Shown piece by piece: positions 1 to 11,600 of a stretch of DNA of 64,000 bases. A program made the position numbers and the translations under genes. The first letter of the stretch is position 1. Each line of letters opens with the position of its first letter. The notes under the pieces were generated by a model. It did no database searches, was not told the origin of the DNA, and saw nothing but the letters and a program-made list of their open reading frames with translations. Source of the DNA: Eledone cirrhosa (Eukaryota); contig OZ024764.1 of assembly GCA_964016885.1 (NCBI GenBank), positions 18,848,001 to 18,912,000 on the forward strand. The letters run 5' to 3'.

Positions 1-335
1 TACCCGGTCCACCCTGAAAATGGGTATTGTTTGTGTCACAACAAAAAGTACCCAGTCCACACTGTAAAGTGGTCATGTATGTGTCACAACAAAAAGTACC
101 CAATCCACACTTTAAAGTGGTCATGTAGTGTCACAACAAAAAGTACCCAGTCCACACTGTAATGTGGTCATGTAGGTGTCACAACAAAAAGTACCCAGTC
201 CACCCTGTAAAGTGGTCATGTAGGTGTGACGACAAAAAGTACCCAGTCCACACTGTAAAGTGGTCATGTAGGTGTCATAACAAAAAGTACCCAATCCACA
301 CTGTAAAGAGGTCATGTTGGTGTCACAACAAAAAG
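1..335 (+). repeat. Landmark cassette of the higher-order repeat (first copy): divergent monomer, GTATG monomer, 47-bp CCCAATCCACACTTTAAAG...GTAGTG monomer, TAATG, CACCC/GAC, CATAAC, CCCAAT...AGAGG...GTTGG monomers
   Basis: The same ordered variant series recurs, with the 1-bp deletion (TCATGTAGTG) starting near 121, 1224, 2423, 3862, 4965, 9232, 11439, 12877, 14268, 15419, 16951, 19110, 20500, 22035, 22754, 24481, 25392, 29374, 32301, 33836, 35515, 38442, 39977, 41080, 42423, 43142, 44677, 47364, 48755, 50290, 51009, 52544, 56176, 58095, 60206 and 61885. A few copies are partial. Confidence 0.95.
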
Positions 336-3300
336 TACCCAGTCCACACTGTAAAGTGGTCATGTAGGTGTCACAACAAAAAGTACCCAGTCCACACTGT
401 AAAGTGGTCATGTAGGTGTCACAACAAAAAGTACCCAGCCCACACTGTAAAGTGGTCATGTAGGTGTCACAACAAAAAGTACCCAGTCCACACTGTATAG
501 TGGTCATGTAGGTGTCACAACAAAATATACCCAGTCCACACTGTAAAGTGGTCATGTAGGTGTCACAACAAAAAGTACCCAGTCCACACTGTAAAGTGGT
601 CATGTAGGTGTCACAACAAAAAGTACCCAGTCCACCCTGTAAAGTGGTCATGTATGTGTCACAACAAAAAGTACCTAGTCCACACTGTAAAGTGGTCATG
701 TAGCTGTCACAACAAAAAGTACCCAGTCCACACTGTAATGTGGTCATGCAGGTTTCACAACAAAAAGTACCCAGTCCACACTGTAAAGTGGTCATGTAGG
801 TGTCACAACAAAAAGTACCCAGTCCACACTGTAAAGTGGTCATGTAGGTGTCACAACAAAAAGTACCCAGTCCACACTGTAAAGTGGCCATGTAGGTGTC
901 ACAACAAAATATACCCAGTCCACACTGTAAAGTGGTCATGTAGGTGTCACAACAAAAAGTACCCAGTCCACACTGTAAAGTGGTCATGTAGGTGTCACAA
1001 CAAAAAGTACCCAGTCCACACTGTAAAGTGGTCATGTAGGTGTCACAACAAAAAGTACCCAGTCCACCCTGTAAAGTGGTCATATAGGTGTCACAACAAA
1101 AAGTACCCGGTCCACCCTGAAAATGGGTATTGTTTGTGTCACAACAAAAAGTACCCAGTCCACACTGTAAAGTGGTCATGTATGTGTCACAACAAAAAGT
1201 ACCCAATCCACACTTTAAAGTGGTCATGTAGTGTCACAACAAAAAGTACCCAGTCCACACTGTAATGTGGTCATGTAGGTGTCACAACAAAAAGTACCCA
1301 GTCCACCCTGTAAAGTGGTCATGTAGGTGTCACGACAAAAAGTACCCAGTCCACACTGTAAAGTGGTCATGTAGGTGTCATAACAAAAAGTACCCAATCC
1401 ACACTGTAAAGAGGTCATGTTGGTGTCACAACAAAAAGTACCCAGTCCACACTGTAAAGTGGTCATGTAGGTGTCACAACAAAAAGTACCCAGTCCACAC
1501 TGTAAAGTGGTCATGTAGGTGTCACAACAAAAAGTACCCAGTCCACACTGTAAAGTGGTCATGTAGGTGTCACAACAAAAAGTACCCAGTCCACACTGTA
1601 AAGTGGTCATGTAGGTGTCACAACAAAATATACCCAGTCCACACTGTAAAGTGGTCATGTAGGTATCATGACAAAAAGTACCCAGTCCACACTGTAAGGT
1701 GGTCATGTAGGTGTCACAACAAAAAGTACCCAATCCACACTGTAAAGTGGTCATGTAGGTGTCACAACAAAAAGTACCCAGTCCACCCTGTAAAGTGGTC
1801 ATATATGTGTCACAACAAAAAGTACCCAGTCCACCCTGTAAAGTGGTCATATATGTGTCACAACAAAAAGTACCCAGTCCACCCTGTAAAGTGGTCATGT
1901 ATGTGTCACAACAAAAAGTACCCAGTCCACACTGTAAAGTGGTCATGTATGTGTCACAACAAAAAGTACCCAGTCCACACTGTAAAGTGGTCATGTAGGT
2001 GTCACAACAAAAAGTACCTAGTCCACACTGTAAAGTGGTCATGTAGGTGTCACAACAAAAAGTACCCAGTCCACACTGTAAAGTGGCCATGTAGGTGTCA
2101 CAACAAAATATACCCAGTCCACACTGTAAAGTGGTCATGTAGGTGTCACAACAAAAAGTACCCAGACCACACTGTAAAGTGGTCATGTAGGTGTCACAAC
2201 AAAAAGTACCCAGTCCACACTGTAAAGTGGTCTTGTAGGTGTCACAACAAAAAGTACCCAGTCCACACTGTAAAGTGGTCATATACGTGTCACAACAAAA
2301 AGTACCCGGTCCACCCTGAAAATGGGTATTGTTTGTGTCACAACAAAAAGTACCCAGTCCACACTGTAAAGTGGTCATGTATGTGTCACAACAAAAAGTA
2401 CCCAATCCACACTTTAAAGTGGTCATGTAGTGTCACAACAAAAAGTACCCAGTCCACACTGTAATGTGGTCATGTAGGTGTCACAACAAAAAGTACCCAG
2501 TCCACCCTGTAAAGTGGTCATGTAGGTGTCACGACAAAAAGTACCCAGTCCACACTGTAAAGTGGTCATGTAGGTGTCACAACAAAAATTACCCAATCCA
2601 CACTGTAAAGAGGTCATGTTGGTGTCACAACAAAAAGTACCCAGTCCACACTGTAAAGTGGTCATGTAGGTGTCACAACAAAAAGTACCCGGTCCACCCT
2701 GTAAAGTGGTCATATAGGTGTCACAACAAAAAGTACCCAGTCCACCCTGTAAAGTGGTCATGTATGTGTCACAACAAAAAGTACCCAGTCCACACTGTAA
2801 AGTGGTCATGTATGTGTCACAACAAAAAGTACCCAGTCCACACTTTAAAGTTGTCATGTAGGTGTCACAACAAAAAGTACCCAGTCCACACTGTAATGTG
2901 GTCATGCAGGTTTCACACCAAAAAGTACCCAGTCCACACTGTAATGTGGTCATATAGGTGTCACAACAAAAAGTACCCAGTCCACACTGTAAAGTGGTCA
3001 TGTAGGTGTCACAACAAAAAGTACCCAGTCCACACTGTCAAGTGGTCATGTAGGTGTCACAACAAAAAGTACCTAGTCCACACTGTAAAGTGGTCATGTA
3101 GCTGTCACAACAAAAAGTACCCAGTCCACACTGTAATGTGGTCATGCAGGTTTCACAACAAAAAGTACCCAGTCCACACTGTAATGTGGTCATGTAGCTG
3201 TCACAACAAAAAGTACCCAGTCCACACTGTAATGTGGTCATGCAGGTTTCACAACAAAAAGTACCCAGTCCACACTGTAAAGTGGTCATGTAGGTGTCAC

Positions 3301-5550
3301 AACAAAAAGTACCCAGTCCACACTGTAAAGTGGACATGTAGGTGTCATGACAAAAAGTACCCAGTCCACACTGTAAAGTGGTCATGTAGGTGTCACAACA
3401 AAAAGTACACAGTCCACACTGTAAAGTGGTCATGTAGGTGTCACAACAAAAAGTACCTAGTCCACTCTGTAAAGTGGTCATGTAGGTGTCACAACAAAAA
3501 GTACCCAGTCCACACTGTAAAGTGGCCATGTAGGTGTCACAACAAAATATACCCAGTCCACACTGTAAAGTGGTCATGTAGGTGTCACAACAAAAAGTAC
3601 CCAGACCACACTGTAAAGTGGTCATGTAGGTGTCACAACAAAAAGTACCCAGTCTACACTATAAAGTGGTCATGTAGGTGTCACAACAAAAAGTACCCAG
3701 TCCACACTGTAAAGTGGTCATATACGTGTCACAACAAAAAGTACCCGGTCCACCCTGAAAATGGGTATTGTTTGTGTCACAACAAAAAGTACCCAGTCCA
3801 CACTGTAAAGTGGTCATGTATGTGTCACAACAAAAAGTACCCAATCCACACTTTAAAGTGGTCATGTAGTGTCACAACAAAAAGTACCCAGTCCACACTG
3901 TAATGTGGTCATGTAGGTGTCACAACAAAAAGTACCCAGTCCACCCTGTAAAGTGGTCATGTAGGTGTCACGACAAAAAGTACCCAGTCCACACTGTAAA
4001 GTGGTCATGTAGGTGTCATAACAAAAAGTACCCAATCCACACTGTAAAGAGGTCATGTTGGTGTCACAACAAAAAGTACCCAGTCCACACTGTAAAGTGG
4101 TCATGTAGGTGTCACAACAAAAAGTACCCAGTCCACACTGTAAAGTGGTCATGTAGGTGTCACAACAAAAAGTACCCACTCCACACTGTAAAGTGGTCAT
4201 GTAGGTGTCACAACAAAAAGTACCCAGTCCACACTGTAAAGTGGTCATGTAGGTGTCACAACAAAATATACCCAGTCCACACTGTAAAGTGGTCATGTAG
4301 GTGTCACAACAAAAAGTACCCAGTCCACACTGTAAAGTGGTCATGTAGGTGTCACAACAAAAAGTACCCAGTCCACCCTGTAAAGTGGTCATGTATGTGT
4401 CACAACAAAAAGTACCTAGTCCACACTGTAAAGTGGTCATGTAGCTGTCACAACAAAAAGTACCCAGTCCACACTGTAATGTGGTCATGCAGGTTTCACA
4501 ACAAAAAGTACCCAGTCCACACTGTAAAGTGGTCATGTAGGTGTCACAACAAAAAGTACCCAGTCCACACTGTAAAGTGGTCATGTAGGTGTCACAACAA
4601 AAAGTACCCAGTCCACACTGTAAAGTGGCCATGTAGGTGTCACAACAAAATATACCCAGTCCACACTGTAAAGTGGTCATGTAGGTGTCACAACAAAAAG
4701 TACCCAGTCCACACTGTAAAGTGGTCATGTAGGTGTCACAACAAAAAGTACCCAGTCCACACTGTAAAGTGGTCATGTAGGTGTCACAACAAAAAGTACC
4801 CAGTCCACCCTGTAAAGTGGTCATATAGGTGTCACAACAAAAAGTACCCGGTCCACCCTGAAAATGGGTATTGTTTGTGTCACAACAAAAAGTACCCAGT
4901 CCACACTGTAAAGTGGTCATGTATGTGTCACAACAAAAAGTACCCAATCCACACTTTAAAGTGGTCATGTAGTGTCACAACAAAAAGTACCCAGTCCACA
5001 CTGTAATGTGGTCATGTAGGTGTCACAACAAAAAGTACCCAGTCCACCCTGTAAAGTGGTCATGTAGGTGTCACGACAAAAAGTACCCAGTCCACACTGT
5101 AAAGTGGTCATGTAGGTGTCATAACAAAAAGTACCCAATCCACACTGTAAAGAGGTCATGTTGGTGTCACAACAAAAAGTACCCAGTCCACACTGTAAAG
5201 TGGTCATGTAGGTGTCACAACAAAAAGTACCCAGTCCACACTGTAAAGTGGTCATGTAGGTGTCACAACAAAAAGTACCCAGTCCACACTGTAAAGTGGT
5301 CATGTAGGTGTCACAACAAAAAGTACCCAGTCCACACTGTAAAGTGGTCATGTAGGTGTCACAACAAAATATACCCAGTCCACACTGTAAAGTGGTCATG
5401 TAGGTATCATGACAAAAAGTACCCAGTCCACAATGTAAAGTGGTCATGTAGGTGTCACAACAAAAAGTACCCAATCCACACTGTAAAGTGGTCATGTAGG
5501 TGTCACAACAAAAAGTACCCAGTCCACCCTGTAAAGTGGTCATATATGTG
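1..5550 (+). repeat. Block duplication at 3,741-bp offset (about 1-1800 vs 3742-5550)
   Basis: Landmarks 121/3862 and 1224/4965 and the rare variant AGGTATCATGAC at 1665/5406 are all 3,741 bp apart. Confidence 0.85.
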
Positions 5551-5699
5551 TCACAACAAAAAGTACCCAGTCCACCCTGTAAAGTGGTCATGTATGTGTC
5601 ACAACAAAAAGTACCCAGTCCACACTGTAAAGTGGTCATGTATGTGTCACAACAAAAAGTACCCAGTCCACACTGTAAAGTGGTCATGTAGGTGTCACA

Positions 5700-8690
5700 A
5701 CAAAAAGTACCCAGTCCACACTGTAAAGTGGTCATGTAGGTGTCACAACAAAAAGTACCCAGTCCACACTGTAAAGTGGTCATGTAGGTGTCACAACAAA
5801 AAGTACCCAATCCACACTGTAAAGAGGTCATGTTGGTGTCACAACAAAAAGTACCCAGTCCACACTGTAAAGTGGTCATGTAGGTGTCACAACAAAAAGT
5901 ACCCAGTCCACACTGTAAAGTGGTCCTGTAGGTGTCACAACAAAAAGTACCCAGTCCACACTGTAAAGTGGTCATGTAGGTGTCACAACAAAAAGTACCC
6001 AGTCCACACTGTCAAGTGGTCATGTAGGTGTCACAACAAAAAGTACCCAATCCACACTGTAAAGTGGTCATGTAGGTGTCACAACAAAAAGTACCCAGTC
6101 TACCCTGTAAAGTGGTCATATATGTGTCACAACAAAAAGTACCCAGTCCACCCTGTAAAGTGGTCATATATGTGTCACAACAAAAAGTACCCAGTCCACC
6201 CTGTAAAGTGGCCATGTATGTGTCACAACAAAAAGTACCCAGTCCACCCTGTAAAGTGGTCATATAGGTGTCACAACAAAAAGTACCCAGTCCACACTGT
6301 AAAGTGGTCATGTAGGTGTCACAACAAAAATACCCAGTCCACACTGTCAAGTGGTCATGTAGGTGTCACAACAAAAAGTACCCGGTCCACACTGTAAAGT
6401 GGTCATATAGGTGTCACAACAAAAATACCCAGTCCACACTGTAAAGTGGTCATGTAGGTGTCACAACAAAAAGTACCCGGTCCACACTGTAAAGTGGTCA
6501 TGTAGGTGTCATAACAAAAAGTACCCAGTCCACCCTGTAAAGTGGTCATATAGGTGTCACAACAAAAAGTACCCAGTCCACCCTGTAAAGTGGTCATGTA
6601 TGTGTCACAACAAAAAGTACCCAGTCCACACTGTAAAGTGGTCATGTATGTGTCACAACAAAAAGTACCCAGTCCACACTGTAAAGTGGTAATGTAGGTG
6701 TCACAACAAAAAGTACACAGTCCACACTGTAATGTGGTCATGCAGGTTTCACACCAAAAAGTACCCAGTCCACACTGTAATGTGGTCATATAGGTGTCAC
6801 AACAAAAAGTACCCAGTCCACACTGTAAAGTGGTCATGTAGGTGTCACAACAAAAAGTACCCAGTCCACACTGTCAAGTGGTCATGTAGGTGTCACAACA
6901 AAAAGTACCTAGTCCACACTGTAAAGTGGTCATGTAGCTGTCACAACAAAAAGTACCCAGTCCACACTGTAATGTGGTCATGCAGGTTTCACAACAAAAA
7001 GTACCCAGTCCACACTGTAATGTGGTCATGTAGCTGTCACAACAAAAAGTACCCAGTCCACACTGTAATGTGGTCATGCAGGTTTCACAACAAAAAGTAC
7101 CCAGTCCACACTGTAAAGTGGTCATGTAGGTGTCACAACAAAAAGTACACAGTCCACACTGTAAAGTGGTCATGTATGTGTCACAACAAAAAGTACCCAG
7201 TCCACACTGTAAAGTGGTCATGTAGGTGTCACAACAAAAAGTACCCAGTCCACACTGTAAAGTGGTCATGTAGGTGTCACAACAAAAAGTACCCAGTCCA
7301 CACTGTAAAGTGGTCATGTAGGTGTCACAACAAAAAGTACCCAATCCACACTGTAAAGAGGTCATGTTGGTGTCACAACAAAAAGTACCCAGTCCACACT
7401 GTAAAGTGGTCATGTAGGTGTCACAACAAAAAGTACCCAGTCCACACTGTAAAGTGGTCATGTAGGTGTCACAACAAAAAGTACCCAGTCCACACTGTAA
7501 AGTGGTCATGTAGGTGTCACAACAAAAAGTACCCAGTCCACACTGTCAAGTGGTCATGTAGGTGTCACAACAAAAAGTACCCAATCCACACTGTAAAGTG
7601 GTCATGTAGGTGTCACAACAAAAAGTACCCAGTCCACCCTGTAAAGTGGTCATATATGTGTCACAACAAAAAGTACCCAGTCCACCCTGTAAAGTGGTCA
7701 TATATGTGTCACAACAAAAAGTACACAGTCCACCCTGTAAAGTGGCCATGTATGTGTCACAACAAAAAGTACCCAGTCCACCCTGTAAAGTGGTCATATA
7801 GGTGTCACAACAAAAAGTACCCAGTCCACACTGTAAAGTGGTCATGTAGGTGTCACAACAAAAATACCCAGTCCACACTGTCAAGTGGTCATGTAGGTGT
7901 CACAACAAAAAGTACCCGGTCCACACTGTAAATTGGTCATATAGGTGTCACAACAAAAATACCCAGTCCACACTGTAAAGTGGTCATGTAGGTGTCACAA
8001 CAAAAAGTACCCGGTCCACACTGTAAAGTGGTCATGTAGGTGTCACAACAAAAAGTACCCAGTCCACCCTGTAAAGTGGTCATATAGGTGTCACAACAAA
8101 AAGTACCCAGTCCACCCTGTAAAGTGGTCATGTATGTGTCACAACAAAAAGTACCCAGTCCACACTGTAAAGTGGTCATGTATGTGTCACAACAAAAAGT
8201 ACCCAGTCCACACTGTAAAGTGGTCATGTAGGTGTCACAACAAAAAGTACACAATCCACACTGTAATGTGGTCATGCAGGTTTCACACCAAAAAGTACCC
8301 AGTCCACACTGTAATGTGGTCATATAGGTGTCACAACAAAAAGTACCCAGTCCACACTGTAAAGTGGTCATGTAGGTGTCACAACAAAAAGTACCCAGTC
8401 CACACTGTCAAGTGGTCATGTAGGTGTCACAACAAAAAGTACCTAGTCCACACTGTAAAGTGGTCATGTAGCTGTCACAACAAAAAGTACCCAGTCCACA
8501 CTGTAATGTGGTCATGCAGGTTTCACAACAAAAAGTACCCAGTCCACACTGTAATGTGGTCATGTAGCTGTCACAACAAAAAGTACCCAGTCCACACTGT
8601 AATGTGGTCATGCAGGTTTCACAACAAAAAGTACCCAGTCCACACTGTAAAGTGGTCATGTAGGTGTCACAACAAAAAGTACCCAGTCCA
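5700..8690 (+). repeat. Tandem duplication of 1,534 bp carrying paired 1-bp deletions (AAAAATACCC)
   Basis: Deletions at about 6330/6425 recur at about 7864/7959. ORF edges 6012/7546, 6403/7937 and 6874/8408 are all offset by 1,534 bp. Boundaries are approximate. Confidence 0.88.
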
Positions 8691-11600
8691 CACTGTAAAG
8701 TGGACATGTAGGTGTCATGACAAAAAGTACCCAGTCCACACTGTAAAGTGGTCATGTAGGTGTCACAACAAAAAGTACACAGTCCACACTGTAAAGTGGT
8801 CATGTAGGTGTCACAACAAAAAGTACCTAGTCCACACTGTAAAGTGGTCATGTAGGTGTCACAACAAAAAGTACCCAGTCCACACTGTAAAGTGGCCATG
8901 TAGGTGTCACAACAAAATATACCCAGTCCACACTGTAAAGTGGTCATGTAGGTGTCACAACAAAAAGTACCCAGTCCACACTGTAAAGTGGTCATGTAGG
9001 TGTCACAACAAAAAGTACCCAGTCCACACTGTAAAGTGGTCATGTAGGTGTCACAACAAAAAGTACCCAGTCCACCCTGTAAAGTGGTCATATAGGTGTC
9101 ACAACAAAAAGTACCCGGTCCACCCTGAAAATGGGTATTGTTTGTGTCACAACAAAAAGTACCCAGTCCACACTGTAAAGTGGTCATGTATGTGTCACAA
9201 CAAAAAGTACCCAATCCACACTTTAAAGTGGTCATGTAGTGTCACAACAAAAAGTACCCAGTCCACACTGTAATGTGGTCATGTAGGTGTCACAACAAAA
9301 AGTACCCAGTCCACCCTGTAAAGTGGTCATGTAGGTGTCACGACAAAAAGTACCCAGTCCACACTGTAAAGTGGTCATGTAGGTGTCATAACAAAAAGTA
9401 CCCAATCCACACTGTAAAGAGGTCATGTTGGTGTCACAACAAAAAGTACCCAGTCCACACTGTAAAGTGGTCATGTAGGTGTCACAACAAAAAGTACCCA
9501 GTCCACACTGTAAAGTGGTCATGTAGGTGTCACAACAAAAAGTACCCAGTCCACACTGTAAAGTGGTCATGTAGGTTTCACAACAAAAAGTACCCAGTCC
9601 ACACTGTAAAGTGGTCATGTAGGTGTCACAACAAAATATACCCAGTCCACACTGTAAAGTGGTCATGTAGGTGTCACAACAAAAAGTACCCAGTCCACAC
9701 TGTAAAGTGGTCATGTAGGTGTCACAACAAAAAGTACCCAATCCACACTGTAAAGTGGTCATGTAGGTGTCACAACAAAAAGTACCCAGTCCACCCTGTA
9801 AAGTGGTCATATATGTGTCACAACAAAAAGTACCCAGTCCACCCTGTAAAGTGGTCATGTATGTGTCACAACAAAAAGTACCCAGTCCACACTGTAAAGT
9901 GGTCATGTATGTGTCACAACAAAAAGTACCCAGTCCACACTGTAAAGTGGTCATGTAGGTGTCACAACAAAAAGTACCCAGTCCACACTGTAAAGTGGTC
10001 ATGTAGGTGTCACAACAAAAAGTACCCAGTCCACACTGTAAAGTGGTCATGTAGGTGTCACAACAAAAAGTACTCAGTCCACCCTGTAAAGTGGTCATGT
10101 AGGTGTCACGACAAAAAGTACCCAGTCCACACTGTAAAGTGGTCATGTAGGTGTCACAACAAAAAGTACCCAATCCACACTGTAAAGAGGTCATGTTGGT
10201 GTCACAACAAAAAGTACCCAGTCCACACTGTAAAGTGGTCATGTAGGTGTCACAACAAAAAGTACCCGGTCCACCCTGTAAAGTGGTCATATAGGTGTCA
10301 CAACAAAAAGTACCCAGTCCACCCTGTAAAGTGGTCATGTATGTGTCACAACAAAAAGTACCCAGTCCACACTGTAAAGTGGTCATGTATGTGTCACAAC
10401 AAAAAGTACCCAGTCCACACTTTAAAGTTGTCATGTAGGTGTCACAACAAAAAGTACCCAGTCCACACTGTAATGTGGTCATGCAGGTTTCACACCAAAA
10501 AGTACCCAGTCCACACTGTAATGTGGTCATATAGGTGTCACAACAAAAAGTACCCAGTCCACACTGTAAAGTGGTCATGTAGGTGTCACAACAAAAAGTA
10601 CCCAGTCCACACTGTCAAGTGGTCATGTAGGTGTCACAACAAAAAGTACCTAGTCCACACTGTAAAGTGGTCATGTAGCTGTCACAACAAAAAGTACCCA
10701 GTCCACACTGTAATGTGGTCATGCAGGTTTCACAACAAAAAGTACCCAGTCCACACTGTAATGTGGTCATGTAGCTGTCACAACAAAAAGTACCCAGTCC
10801 ACACTGTAATGTGGTCATGCAGGTTTCACAACAAAAAGTACCCAGTCCACACTGTAAAGTGGTCATGTAGGTGTCACAACAAAAAGTACCCAGTCCACAC
10901 TGTAAAGTGGACATGTAGGTGTCATGACAAAAAGTACCCAGTCCACACTGTAAAGTGGTCATGTAGGTGTCACAACAAAAAGTACACAGTCCACACTGTA
11001 AAGTGGTCATGTAGGTGTCACAACAAAAAGTACCTAGTCCACACTGTAAAGTGGTCATGTAGGTGTCACAACAAAAAGTACCCAGTCCACACTGTAAAGT
11101 GGCCATGTAGGTGTCACAACAAAATATACCCAGTCCACACTGTAAAGTGGTCATGTAGGTGTCACAACAAAAAGTACCCAGACCACACTGTAAAGTGGTC
11201 ATGTAGGTGTCACAACAAAAAGTACCCAGTCCACACTGTAAAGTGGTCATGTAGGTGTCACAACAAAAAGTACCCAGTCCACACTGTAAAGTGGTCATAT
11301 ACGTGTCACAACAAAAAGTACCCGGTCCACCCTGAAAATGGGTATTGTTTGTGTCACAACAAAAAGTACCCAGTCCACACTGTAAAGTGGTCATGTATGT
11401 GTCACAACAAAAAGTACCCAATCCACACTTTAAAGTGGTCATGTAGTGTCACAACAAAAAGTACCCAGTCCACACTGTAATGTGGTCATGTAGGTGTCAC
11501 AACAAAAAGTACCCAGTCCACCCTGTAAAGTGGTCATGTAGGTGTCACGACAAAAAGTACCCAGTCCACACTGTAAAGTGGTCATGTAGGTGTCACAACA

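Noticed and set aside
1759-1998. Short third-frame ORFs (SQQKVPSPPCKVVMYV repeats)
   Set aside because: They appear only where consecutive TAG>TAT variant monomers remove the stop codon.
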